Assembly: GCA_963837945.1 (NCBI GenBank)
Contig: CAWIQD010000013.1
Span: forward strand, 11,707-75,706
Length of the DNA stretch: 64,000 bases
Origin: an uncultured Acidobacteriota bacterium
GTDB taxonomy: Bacteria; Acidobacteriota; Thermoanaerobaculia; Multivoradales; DATKCC01
Reading direction: 5' to 3'
A program made the position numbers and the translations under genes. The number at the start of each line of letters is the position of its first letter. Position 1 is the stretch's first letter. This document shows, piece after piece, positions 47,569 to 57,427 of this stretch. A model generated the notes under the pieces. It was not told the origin of the DNA. It worked only from the letters and a program-made list of their open reading frames with translations, and searched no databases.

Positions 47569-48618
47569 ATGCCCAGCGCCGCCCATCCCCGTCTCCGTCC
47601 CCGCCCCCGTCTCCATCCAGGGACGCCCACTTCGCAGACCCTACGAGTCGCCGCAGCCGCCGCCATCCTCGCCGCCGCCCTGGCCGGCGCCTCCACCGCC
47701 CACGCCGAGCTCGACGTCGTCTTCGTGCTCGACACCACCGGCTCGATGAGCGCCGAGATCCACGAGGTCCAGGAGCGCGTGCAGCAGCTCGCGGTCTCCT
47801 ACGCCAAGGCGCGCGCCGGCGAGCGGCTGCGCTTCGGCATCGTCGCCTTCCGCGACCGCGGCGACGAGTACGTCACCCGCGTGTGCCCCCTCACCGAAGA
47901 CGTCGGGATCGCCGGCGCCTTCCTCGGCTCGCTGAGGGCCGACGGCGGCGGCGACGGGCCGGAGTCGGTGGTCGCGGCGCTGGCGGCGGCGCTGCACGAG
48001 ATCTCCTGGGACCTCTCCGACGACACCGAGCGGCTGATCTTCCTGATCGGCGACGCCCCACCCCACCTCGACTACGCCGGCGAGCCGACCCCCGCCGAGC
48101 TCCTCGCCGAGGCGCGCGCCTCGCGCATCGTGATCAACACCATCGGCTGCCGCTCCTTGCCGCCGGAGGGGGTCACCTTCTTTCGCACCGTCGCCTATGC
48201 CACCGAGGGGTCTTACCAGCACATCGGCCGGGTGCAGGGGGCGCAGCCCGGGGCGCTCGCCGAGGCGCTGGAGGGCACGGTGACGGCGAGCGCGGAAGGG
48301 GCGGCGGCCGGCGGGCGCGAGGTGGACCTCGCGTGGAGCCGCCACGACGACGCCGACGCCAACGGCATCCTGGTCCGCCAAGCGGGGCCGCTGGGCACCC
48401 CTCAGAGCCGCGAGGGGGACGCCCTGGCGCCCTGCTCGCTGGAGGTGCTGCTGCCCCCCGGCTTCGGCCTCGACGGCGAGCCGCGGGTGCGCCTGGGGCC
48501 TGCCGGGCTGGAGGTCGAGCTACCGCTGGCCCACGGCGACGGCGGTCGCGACCTGTTCACCCTGGAGGAGTGTCCGCCCCTCACCACTCCCGTCCACGTG
48601 CTGCTGGGAGGCCACTGA
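47569..48618 (+). CDS. Secreted von Willebrand factor type A (VWA) domain protein
   Basis: A signal peptide ending ASTAHA, MIDAS DTTGSM, and LIGDAPPH. Its stop is 1 nt before the next ATG. Confidence 0.85.
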   Translation: MPSAAHPRLRPRPRLHPGTPTSQTLRVAAAAAILAAALAGASTAHAELDVVFVLDTTGSMSAEIHEVQERVQQLAVSYAKARAGERLRFGIVAFRDRGDEYVTRVCPLTEDVGIAGAFLGSLRADGGGDGPESVVAALAAALHEISWDLSDDTERLIFLIGDAPPHLDYAGEPTPAELLAEARASRIVINTIGCRSLPPEGVTFFRTVAYATEGSYQHIGRVQGAQPGALAEALEGTVTASAEGAAAGGREVDLAWSRHDDADANGILVRQAGPLGTPQSREGDALAPCSLEVLLPPGFGLDGEPRVRLGPAGLEVELPLAHGDGGRDLFTLEECPPLTTPVHVLLGGH

Positions 48619-48619
48619 A

Positions 48620-50399
48620 ATGCCGCGCCTAGATCGCCTCGTCCTCGCCCTCGCCGTCTCCTCCTCGCTGCTCCCGGCCGCGCCGCTGGCGGCGCAGAAC
48701 GACTGGGAGGCCGGCCTGTTCACCGAGGCCCGGCAGCTACCGCTGGTGTCGCAGTCGGTCGTGGTGCGCGTCGTACGGCGCCGAGGCGCGAGTCGAGCTG
48801 ACCCAGGTCTTCGCCAACGACGGCGACGAGATCGGCCAGGCCGACTACCGAGTGCACCTGCCGCGCGAGGCGACGGTGAGCGGCTTCGGCTTCTGGCATG
48901 ACGGCCGCTTCCTCGCCGCCGAGCTCAAGGAGCGCGAGGAGGCACGCCGCGAGCACGCCGCCGCCGCCGCCGAGGGGCGCGCCACCGCGCTGCTCGTGCG
49001 CGAGGGCACGGTCCACTCCTTCTCGGTCTTCCCGGTGCCGGCCGGCGGCCTGCTGCAGGTGGAGACCACCGTTGAGCTGCCCGTCGCCACCGAGCGCGGC
49101 CGTTCGCACGTACGCCTGCCGTTCGACGCCTTCCTCGGCCACGCCGCGGTCACCTCCACCGCCGTCGTCTACCTGGCCACCCCCGAGCCGCTCGCCGCCT
49201 TCGGGGTCGACGGCGCCTCCCCGCGCCTGGCCGGCCGCGGTCCGCGCTGGGCGCGGCTCGCCTTCACCGCCGACCATCCCGTGGATCTATGGTGGGCCGA
49301 GGAGGCGCCGCCGCTCTTGACCCGCGCCGAGGCGGTCGAGCTCGACGACGGCGAGCAGGCCCTGCAGGTGCGCGTCGCCTTGAACGACGCCGGAGCGTGG
49401 AGCATCCCGCCTGGCGAGCTGGTGCTGCTGGTCGATGCCTCCTACTCGATGCGGCGGCGGGCGCGAGCGGTCTCCGCCCTGCTCGCCCGGGTGATGGAGG
49501 CAGCGCCGGCGCCGGTGCGGGTGGTGGCGGTGGCGGAGACCGCCGTCGAGGTCACCGGCGAGCGACGCGAGATGCTGCGCCGGATCTTCGGCGGAGGGGC
49601 CGGCTTCACCGCCCGCTGGGAGGATCTGGAGCGGGCCGCCGGCGGCTACGGTTGCAGCGACCGGCGGCTCGACCCGGCCGGGGTGCGCTGCCTGGTGGTC
49701 ACCGATCCGCAGGTCGCGGGCCTGCCCGCCGAGCGGACGGAGAGCTTCGAGACCCTGTTTCTCGCCGACGCCGACGAGCTGGTCCAGTTCGCCGAGCCGC
49801 TGGGTGACGCCCCCCTCACCTACCAGCTCGACGCCGAACCGACGGCACGGCTGCTGGCGCTCGCCGACGAGCTGGTGCTGCCGGTGCTGGAGGTGCTCGG
49901 CGTCGAGCAGGCCGGCGGCAGCCTGAAGATTCCCGGCACGCCGCGCCTGCGCGTCGCCGAGGGAGGCCTCTTGCGGCTCTTCGCGACCACCCGCTCGCCG
50001 CAACCCCTGCGACTGCGCCTGCGCCTCGGCGACCACGAGGTGGAGCGCGAAGTGGCGCTCGAGGCGCTGGCGCCCGACAGCCGCGCCGGCCGGGCGCTGC
50101 GCCGCGGCCTCTACCAGGCGCTGCTCGCCGACTGGGGAAGCGCCTACCAGAAGAGCCGCGACCCCGAGCTGCGCCGCCAGATCGTCGACGTCAGCGTGCG
50201 CGAGGGAATCCCCACGCCGCTGACCGCCCTGCACGTCGCGGCTCCGGACTTCGGCGCGTCCGGCACCCTGCCGCCCACCGGGACCCCGGCGCCCTTGCTG
50301 CGCCTCCTCGGCTGGTTGCTGTTGCTCGCCGGCTGGCCGCTGCTGCGCGCCGCGCGGCACCGCAAGGAGGTCGCCGCGGCCGGGGAGGCGTGGCGGTGA
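48620..50399 (+). pseudogene. VIT + VWA protein with C-terminal LPPTG sorting signal (sortase target), frameshifted near 48770-48776
   Basis: The signal peptide and the start of VIT are in the frame of ATG 48620 (..LPLVSQSVVVRV). The sequence continues in the +1 frame as YGAEARVELTQVFANDGDEIGQADYRVHLP... MIDAS is DASYSM. The C-terminus is LPPTG, then a hydrophobic helix, then RAARHRK. Confidence 0.8.
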
Positions 50400-51574
50400 G
50401 CCGTTTGCGCGCTGCCGCGCTGGTGGTGCTGGCGGCGGGCGTCGGCTGCCTCGCCGCCGGCGCCTACATCCCCGCCAAGGCGGCCCTCGCCCAGGTGCTC
50501 CTGCTGCGCGCCTGGAACCGCACCGGCGCCGACGGCGCGCCGGTACGGCCCTGGCCGTGGGCCAAGACCTGGCCGGTGGCGCGGCTCGAGCTGCCCCGCC
50601 GCGGCGTCGACGCGATCGTCCTCGCAGGCGCCGAGGGGGCCGCCCTGGCCTTCGCCCCGGGGCACGTGGACGGCACGGCGCTGCCCGGCGAGCCCGGCAA
50701 CAGCGCGCTGGCCGGGCACCGAGACACCGTCTTCGCCTTCCTCGGCGACCTGGGCCTCGACGACGAGATCGTCGTCGAGACCCCCGACCGGCGGCGCGTG
50801 CGCTACCGCGTCGTCGACACGCGGGTGGTCGACCAGGGGGACGTCGAGGTACTCGCCCCCACCGCCGAGACCGCCCTCACCCTCGTGACCTGCTACCCGA
50901 TCGACGCCGTGCGCCCCGGCGGGCCGCTGCGCTACGTGGTGCGGGCGGTGGCGGGGCGCTCGGTGGCCGCGGGCACTCACCTCGGACTGCGTCGACGCTC
51001 CTCTCTTCCGGATTCCCTTGCCGCCGGGCGAGCGCACGGGTCTGCGCGCCGCCTCCCAAGTCATGGTGGACAAGATCATTTCCGTCCCGCGCACGGCGAT
51101 CGGCAACGAGATCGGCCGCTGCGAAGAAGGCGAGCTCGAAGCCACGGAAGACGCCCTGCGCCGCTGGCTCGAGCTCGGCTGATCGGGCCGCGCGGCAGCT
51201 CGCTCGCGGCGTTGGGTACCCTGCCCTGCCTCCGGTCCACCGCCCGGACCCGGCCACCTCGAAGTGCCCGGCACCTTCGTCCGTCCTGGGATTCGCCGGC
51301 GCGGCCGCCGCCACGCGACTCCTCCAGGGCTTCCTCCACGGTGTCGCTCCCACCGACCCATGGACTTACGTCGTCGTCGCCCTCCTGGTGCTGGTGGTCA
51401 CCGTGCTCGCGAGCTGGCTCCCGGCCCGCCGCGCCGGCGCCCTCGACCCCGTCGTGGCGCTACGGACGGAGTAGGCCGGACCGGCGTCAGGGTCTCGCCA
51501 CTGGGCCTCCCGGTCGGTCGGATGAAGGTGGAGAGGGTGAGCGTTCTCTGTACGTGCCACTTGCGGCAGCGTGA
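50396..51574 (+). CDS. Gram-negative-type (class 6/GN) sortase; only the first ~187 codons are sortase-like
   Basis: N-terminal TM, GHRDT (His), TLVTCYP (Cys) and LRYVV (Arg). GTG 50396 overlaps the target-gene stop in GTGA; GTG 50390 is the alternative start. After about 50957 the frame stays open for 205 Arg/Pro/Ser-rich codons that run across gene remnants. Confidence 0.7.
   Translation: MSRLRAAALVVLAAGVGCLAAGAYIPAKAALAQVLLLRAWNRTGADGAPVRPWPWAKTWPVARLELPRRGVDAIVLAGAEGAALAFAPGHVDGTALPGEPGNSALAGHRDTVFAFLGDLGLDDEIVVETPDRRRVRYRVVDTRVVDQGDVEVLAPTAETALTLVTCYPIDAVRPGGPLRYVVRAVAGRSVAAGTHLGLRRRSSLPDSLAAGRAHGSARRLPSHGGQDHFRPAHGDRQRDRPLRRRRARSHGRRPAPLARARLIGPRGSSLAALGTLPCLRSTARTRPPRSARHLRPSWDSPARPPPRDSSRASSTVSLPPTHGLTSSSPSWCWWSPCSRAGSRPAAPAPSTPSWRYGRSRPDRRQGLATGPPGRSDEGGEGERSLYVPLAAA
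50979..51182 (+). pseudogene. Remnant of a PemK/MazF-like toxin (C-terminal ~65 codons only)
   Basis: ..FRIPLPPGERTGLRAASQVMVDKIISVPRTAIGNEIGRCEEGELEATEDALRRWLELG-stop fits the C-terminal half of MazF-family toxins. There is no N-terminal half, no start codon and no antitoxin. Confidence 0.5.
51283..51474 (+). pseudogene. Remnant of an FtsX/ADOP-type ABC permease (last TM and C-terminus only)
   Basis: ..LLQGFLHGVAPTDPWTYVVVALLVLVVTVLASWLPARRAGALDPVVALRTE-stop is the canonical FtsX-family C-terminus. Nothing upstream is in frame. Confidence 0.7.
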
Positions 51575-51657
51575 CTCCCCGCGACGAGCCCGCGCCTGGA
51601 GAATCGCGGTAGGCTCCGGGCTCGAGAGGGCCGACAACGACGAGGAGGACCACGACC

Positions 51658-51927
51658 ATGGCCGAGGAGCTCTGTTCCCACCTGCGAGCGATCGAGACCG
51701 TCAAGGGGCCGAAGCGCCCCGAGTGCGAGGAGTGCGTGAAGATCGGCTCCAGCTGGGTGCACCTGCGCACCTGCCAGGAGTGCGGGGTGACGCTGTGCTG
51801 CGACAGCTCGCCCAACCGCCACGCCACCAAGCACGCCCACGCCTCGGGCCACCCGGTGATCGCCTCGGCCGAGCCCGGCGAACGCTGGCTCTACTGCTAT
51901 CCGGACGAGATGACGGTCGAGTATTGA
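51658..51927 (+). CDS. UBP-type zinc-finger protein
   Basis: The Cys/His pattern CEEC...HLRTCQECGVTLCCDSSPNRHATKHAHASGHP is typical of zf-UBP. A GAGGAGGA SD precedes the ATG. Confidence 0.85.
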   Translation: MAEELCSHLRAIETVKGPKRPECEECVKIGSSWVHLRTCQECGVTLCCDSSPNRHATKHAHASGHPVIASAEPGERWLYCYPDEMTVEY

Positions 51928-51941
51928 AGGCGCAGGGCGCC

Positions 51942-53011
51942 TCAGGGCGTGAAGCCGAAGCGGTCGAAGCGGCCGGGGAGCACGTCGAGCCCCGGCTGGG
52001 CGCCGTGAAGGAGGTAGTGCTTGACGAGGCCGCGCGAGAGCTGCTCGATCCAGACCTCGACCTGCGAGGTCGTGAACTTCACCATCGTGGGCCAGAGGTA
52101 CCCGTTCAGCTTCGGCCCGACGACCCGTAGGAAGACCTCCGAGCGCCCCGGGACGGCGCCGCTCACGCAGAGCGTCTCCGGGATGCACCCGGGCTCGCGG
52201 GCGCCCGCGAGCGGTCCCCCCGGGGTCGCGATCCGCACCTTGAACCGGAAGTCTGAGACCGCCGGGTCTTCGAGCCACGAACCCGGCGGCGGAGCCGGCT
52301 CCTCGCAAGTGGCGAGCTCCAGGGTGCCGGCCACCTGGAAGTCGTCGCTGCGGTGCGGCCGCGAGACGTAGGCGATCCGGTCGCCGGCTGCGGAGATCGT
52401 CGGCTCGAAGGCCTCGCGGAATGGATCGAGAGTCGCCTGGGTCAGGCCGCGGTTCTCGTCCCAGAGGAAGACCTTGGTGTCGTGGAGCGGGTTGGTGCCC
52501 GTGAGGTCGGCGTTGGACTCGATCGCCAGCCGGCGGCCATCGCCCGAGAGCGAGCGCGCGAAGCTCCGAACCCCGAGGTGAAGGCGATCCGCCGGCCGTC
52601 ACCGCTGATCGCCGGATCGAGGGCGTCCTGCAGGGTGTGGGTGATCTGCCGGAAGCCGTGGCCCTCCTGCCACAGCAGGATCTCGTTCTGGCCGTCGTAG
52701 ACCGCGATCCGTCGGCCGTCCTCGCTGATCGAGGGCGCGAGGGCGGTCGTGTCGGCGAGCAGGCTGGAGCCTTCCTGCGCGTCCCACAGGAAAAGCCAGA
52801 AGTTCCGGAAGGGCGTCGTGTCGCCGTCGAGGTCGCGGTCCGAGAGGTAGACGATCCGGTCGCCGCCACCGTCGAGGAGCGCCGTGCCCCGGCCGGTCGT
52901 GGCGACGGCCTGCGACGTGCAGACCAGGTCGGCGAACGCCGGCCACGAGGCGGCGACGAGCCCCGAGAGCGAGACCAAGAGGAGGGCTGCGGGACGGTTG
53001 TACAGCGGCAT
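51942..53011 (-). pseudogene. PD40/TolB-like beta-propeller repeat protein, frameshifted near 52560-52575
   Basis: A signal peptide is followed by repeats PSISEDGRRIAVY and PAISGDGRRIAFTS in one frame. SLSGDGRRLAIES and TISAAGDRIAYVS follow in the +2 frame, which runs on to the stop at 51942. Confidence 0.75.
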
Positions 53012-53046
53012 GTCGGCGCCCGGACTGGCGATGCTACGACAGCATA

Positions 53047-54729
53047 TCACGAGGACGGTCGGGTGGCCGCCGCCGGCGCGCCATCGCGGCGGACGAGGAC
53101 GATCGTCCGGTCGTCCGCGTACGGGCGCCCCTCGACGAAGGCGTCGAGATCGTGCTCGATCGCGCTCGCCAGCTCGGCGACGGTCAGGGCGCCGCTGGCC
53201 TGGCAGACCGCGACCAGCCGATCCAGGCCGTACTCCTCGTCCTGGGCGTTCTCGGCCTCGGTGAAGCCGTCCGTGTAGAGCACGAGGGTGTCTCCCGGCC
53301 TCATCTCGTGCTCGGAGCTCCGGTACGAGGCATTGGGGAGGATTCCGAGGGGTACGCCGGTGGCGCGGATGAGCTCGTGGCTTCCGTCCCGGCGCAGGAG
53401 GATCGCCGGGTTGTGGCCGGCGTTCGCACAGGTCAAGAGGCCGGTTCCAACGTCGATCGTGGCGATGATCGCCGTGGCGTACTTCTCCGGCAGGGTGCGG
53501 CGATGGAGGCGCGCCCCGACGGTCGTGCAGATCTCCGCCGGCATCCGATCGCTCTCGATGGGTTCGGCGGCGAGCGCCTCGAGCGACGCCGTCAGGAGCG
53601 ACGCGGCCATGCCCTTGCCGGACACGTCGGCGATGACCATCGCCAGCTCAGCCCCATCCCGCCGGGTCAGGATCTCGTAGTAGTCCCCCGAGGCTCCGCG
53701 GGAGGGGAGGTTGCCGGCGTGGAGCGAGAAGCCCGGCACCTCGGGCAGGCAAGCGGGAAGCAAGGCGACCTGGATCCGGCGCGCCAGGTCGAGCTCCTGC
53801 TGCAGGCGCTGCCGCTCCACGGACTCGCGGGTCAGCTCGATGTCGCGGAGGCGCATGGCCGCGATGGCGGCGAGCGACGCCAGCAGCTCCATGTCGTCCT
53901 CGGAGAACTGGCGGACGTTGAGCCGTGAGCCGAGGGCGATCATGCCGCGTGAGGAGCCGTCGGAGGCGAGCAATGGAGCCGCCACGAGGGACCGGACGCC
54001 GGAGGCGATGATGCTCTTGGCGGAGGCGAAGTGCTCGTCCGACTGGGTGTCGAGGACGAGGGCCGCGACGCCTTCCTCGACGACCCGCCGTGCCAGGGTC
54101 TCGGAGGAGAGGAGGCCGCCTTCCGGCGCGCCGCGGTGGGCTACTTGCTCCAGGGAACCGTCGCGCTGGCGCAGAAAGATGACGGCGTCCTCGGGCCGGA
54201 GAAGGCTACAGACGCGGTCGAGGATCAGCTCCAAAAGGTCCTCCAGCTCGACCGACTCGGCGAGGGCCCGGTGCACGTCGTTGAAGACCTCGAGACGAGC
54301 CACCAGCTGGCGCAGGGAGTCGGCGTCGGCGAGGGGGGAGGTCTCGGAGGACGACTGGCGGGCGACGAGCTCCGCTGCGTGGCGCACCACCGTGGCGCCC
54401 ATCTGCCGCGACAGCTGGTCGGGCCCGGCGGTCTCGCCACCCGCGTCGACGACCGTCAGGGCGCTCGCCGAGAGCCTCACCACGTCGCGGGCCACCAGCC
54501 GAGTCGCCTCCTCGATCGTGGTGCCGTTGACCTGGGTGCCGTTGCGCGAGCCCAGGTCCTCGATCAGGTAGGCGTCGCCCTCGCGGAAGATCCGCGCGTG
54601 GCGGCGGGAGAGGAAACGGTCGGGAAGGGCCAGGTCCGCGTCGGAGGCACGCCCGATGACCACCGAATCTTGGTCGAAGACTCGCTCGGACGAGGGCCCC
54701 TGTGGCGGCTCGACGCGAAGGCGGATCAC
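53047..54729 (-). CDS. FHA - GAF - PP2C (SpoIIE/RsbU-type) phosphatase
   Basis: FHA segment VIGRASDADLALPDRFLSRRHARI...GSRNGTQVNG. A GAF-like middle region follows. PP2C motifs GDYYEI, IADVSGKGMAASL and LYTDGFTEA are present. The start is GTG. Confidence 0.85.
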   Translation of the reverse strand: MIRLRVEPPQGPSSERVFDQDSVVIGRASDADLALPDRFLSRRHARIFREGDAYLIEDLGSRNGTQVNGTTIEEATRLVARDVVRLSASALTVVDAGGETAGPDQLSRQMGATVVRHAAELVARQSSSETSPLADADSLRQLVARLEVFNDVHRALAESVELEDLLELILDRVCSLLRPEDAVIFLRQRDGSLEQVAHRGAPEGGLLSSETLARRVVEEGVAALVLDTQSDEHFASAKSIIASGVRSLVAAPLLASDGSSRGMIALGSRLNVRQFSEDDMELLASLAAIAAMRLRDIELTRESVERQRLQQELDLARRIQVALLPACLPEVPGFSLHAGNLPSRGASGDYYEILTRRDGAELAMVIADVSGKGMAASLLTASLEALAAEPIESDRMPAEICTTVGARLHRRTLPEKYATAIIATIDVGTGLLTCANAGHNPAILLRRDGSHELIRATGVPLGILPNASYRSSEHEMRPGDTLVLYTDGFTEAENAQDEEYGLDRLVAVCQASGALTVAELASAIEHDLDAFVEGRPYADDRTIVLVRRDGAPAAATRPSS

Positions 54730-54797
54730 GAGGTCAGTCTACCGCGCAGGGTAGCGCAGCGTTTTCGCAGCAGGTCGCCCTCGGGCCGCGAGCTGTG

Positions 54798-57416
54798 TCA
54801 CTGCAACTCGAGAAGCCGAGTCCGGAGGTCGTCGGCGCTCTGGGGACGGCGGCGCGGCGAGGGGCTGAGCGCACGCTTCAGGACGTCGGCGAGCCCGGCG
54901 GGGCCCTCGCCCGGCAGGCCGGCGAGGTCGGGGAGGCGGGGACGACGCAGCCGGCGGGCGGTCTCCTCGTCGTCTGCGCCCAGAAACGGGTGGCGTCCGG
55001 TCATGGCCTCCCAGAGCACCACGGCCAGGCTCCAGAGGTCGACCGGCGGACCGGGCCGCCCGTGGGCGAGCGCTTCCGGCGACATGTAGAGCGGCGTGCC
55101 GACGATCGCCCCGGCGCCGGTGACGGCGAGCTGAGTCACGGTCTTGGCTTCCGAGAAGCTCCCCGGGTTCGGCAGGACGGCCCGGCCGCCCTCCGGCGGG
55201 TCCTCAGGGAGGCCCGACAGGATCCGGGCCAGCCCGAAGTCGAGGAGCTTGGGGGTTCCGTCGTCCGCGAAGCCGATGTTGCTCGGTTTGAGATCCCGGT
55301 GGAGGATCCCGGCACGGTGGATCCGCGCCAGGGCGCCGGCGAGGGCGATGCCCAGGTCGATCACCTCCGGCGCCGGCAGCGGCCCCCCGCCGATCCGCTC
55401 GTCCAGCGTGCCGCCCTCCAGCAGCTCGAGGATCAGGAACGGCGTGCCGCGCCAGCTCTCGACAGCATAGATGGCGGCGAGGTTGGGGTGCGCGACGGCG
55501 GCCATCGCCCGCGCCTCGCGCCGCATTCTCATCGCCCGCCCGGGCTCTATGCGTGGCAGCGTCTTGATCGCCACGGCTCGATCCAGCCCTGTGTCCCGGC
55601 CCAGGTAGACGACGCCCATGCCGCCGGCTCCCAGCCGGCGCTCCAGCCGGTACTTGCCGGCGAGCAGGATGGGCGCGCTGGCTTCTACCAGCTCGCCTCC
55701 GCACTCCGGGCAGGCCCGGGTCGGTTCGGGATGGACGGCGCTACAGGCGGAGCACTCGCGCGCCGGCCGGTCGCGCTCGCCCGGGCTCACCGCCTCCAGG
55801 GCTCGGGAGGCCGGCTTCCCACCGGCCAGGAAACGGTACTCCAGGGGCGCCGCCGCGGACTCGGCGATGGCACGGAGCAGCGACAGGTCCTCCTTCGTGA
55901 ACGGCAGCTCGCTCTTCTTCTCGCCCAGGGCGAGGACCGCCAGCGGGCGGCGGTCCGAGGCGAGGACCGGCACCAGGACCTCGAAGCCTCCGTCGGCCAG
56001 CCATTGGAGGTCTTCCTGCCGGAGGTCGTCGACCAGCGAGGGCAGTCTCGCCAGGTCGAGGACGAGGGGGGCCGGGCTCCCCGCCACCAATTCCGCCAGG
56101 GGCGAGTCGCCGGGCAGCCGGCGCACGCTGGCCGCCAGGACCGAGCGAAACTCGCCCCGCGAGCGTTCGAGGAGCAGCACGTCCTGGGTATGGAGGTGCA
56201 GTGCGCGGTCGATCTCGGCCACCAGCAGCCCGGCCCACTCCTCGGCATCCCCCGCCTGGTGGATCGAGCTCGCCAGCGCCGAGAGGATGCGCCGGGTGTC
56301 GTACTGGTCGCGGAAGAAGCGGCGGTCGAGGGCGCGCAGGATCGGCCCGCGCAAGCGAAGCGCCGCGAGGCCGGGGAGCGCCAGCAGGATCACCACCGCC
56401 GTTCCGGGGCCGGCGAGGACCTCGACGATCGGCTCCTCGCGGCGCGAGTAGACGTAGACGGCCAGTGCGACGAAGGGCGCCGCGCTCAAGGCGGCCAGGG
56501 AGTAGCGGGCCATGGCGTAGCGGATCGCCTTGCGGACCACGAGCCGGACGTCGAGGACGTTGTGGACCAGCACCGAGTAGGCGGTGGTAAAGGGGATGGA
56601 GAGCAGGAGGGGGTAGAAGACCAGGCCGCCGACGAGCCGGGAGATCGGCCGCTCCATCAGCCGGGCAAAGGGAGGGATCAGGCTGTGCAGCAGCACTTCG
56701 AGAAAGAGCGGACCGATGCCGAGCACCAGCGCCGCGATGAAGAGGCGTGCTCTGCGCTGCTCTTCGAGGCGGGCGTGGCGGCTCTTCCAAACGATGAACG
56801 GCAGGGCGCTGAGCGTCAGAAGCGAGAGGATCGCCGAGTACGCACCCGGGCCGCCGCGCGACAGGAACGTTGCCGCCGCCGAAAGCAGGGACCGGGCGCT
56901 GAGCCCCGGAGCGAGCTCCACGGCGAGAGTCGCGGCCACCAAGACGAGCGCGGCCGCTAGCGCGATGCGGGTCATCCACCTCGCCGCCTCGGCGGCTCGT
57001 CCGAACGGCCGGGCGCGGGGAAAGCGCTCGGCGAACGACCAGAAGAAGAACGGGAGGAACGCGTTGAGCTGGAGGGCCACCAGCGCGGAGAGGATGGACG
57101 ACGGGATCTCGGGGAGGCGGGCGGCCCAGGAGAACGCCAGACGGTTCGAAAAGACCGCCGCGGTGACCAGGAAGACGCCGCTCAGAGCGACGGCCCGGGC
57201 GTCGCGTCGGCCGCCCAGGAGCAGCCAGGCGGCGGCACCTCCGAACACCAGCACCTGAACGAGGTCGATCCAGAGGGGGGGCGAGGTAGGGGGGCCGGTC
57301 GAGAGCAGACCGCCGGCCACGGCCCCGAGCAGGCCGGCGACTGCCTTCAACGCCGCTGCGGAAAGGACGATCCAAACCCAAAAGGGCGCTGAGCTCCCTC
57401 TCTCGACGGCGCGCAT
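54798..57416 (-). CDS. Multi-TM - GAF - zinc-ribbon - Ser/Thr protein kinase
   Basis: Hanks kinase motifs LGAGGMGVVYLG, AIK, HRDLKPSNI, DFGLA and SPE. CSAC...CPECG lies upstream of the kinase domain. The N-terminal half has about 9 TM segments. ATG 57416 is preferred; 57536 is the alternative start. Confidence 0.85.
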   Translation of the reverse strand: MRAVERGSSAPFWVWIVLSAAALKAVAGLLGAVAGGLLSTGPPTSPPLWIDLVQVLVFGGAAAWLLLGGRRDARAVALSGVFLVTAAVFSNRLAFSWAARLPEIPSSILSALVALQLNAFLPFFFWSFAERFPRARPFGRAAEAARWMTRIALAAALVLVAATLAVELAPGLSARSLLSAAATFLSRGGPGAYSAILSLLTLSALPFIVWKSRHARLEEQRRARLFIAALVLGIGPLFLEVLLHSLIPPFARLMERPISRLVGGLVFYPLLLSIPFTTAYSVLVHNVLDVRLVVRKAIRYAMARYSLAALSAAPFVALAVYVYSRREEPIVEVLAGPGTAVVILLALPGLAALRLRGPILRALDRRFFRDQYDTRRILSALASSIHQAGDAEEWAGLLVAEIDRALHLHTQDVLLLERSRGEFRSVLAASVRRLPGDSPLAELVAGSPAPLVLDLARLPSLVDDLRQEDLQWLADGGFEVLVPVLASDRRPLAVLALGEKKSELPFTKEDLSLLRAIAESAAAPLEYRFLAGGKPASRALEAVSPGERDRPARECSACSAVHPEPTRACPECGGELVEASAPILLAGKYRLERRLGAGGMGVVYLGRDTGLDRAVAIKTLPRIEPGRAMRMRREARAMAAVAHPNLAAIYAVESWRGTPFLILELLEGGTLDERIGGGPLPAPEVIDLGIALAGALARIHRAGILHRDLKPSNIGFADDGTPKLLDFGLARILSGLPEDPPEGGRAVLPNPGSFSEAKTVTQLAVTGAGAIVGTPLYMSPEALAHGRPGPPVDLWSLAVVLWEAMTGRHPFLGADDEETARRLRRPRLPDLAGLPGEGPAGLADVLKRALSPSPRRRPQSADDLRTRLLELQ

Positions 57417-57427
57417 CCCAGCCAGCC

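Noticed and set aside
50979-51182. Intact MazF/PemK toxin gene
   Set aside because: Only the C-terminal half is recognisable. The frame upstream has no start codon, no N-terminal toxin sequence and no antitoxin gene.
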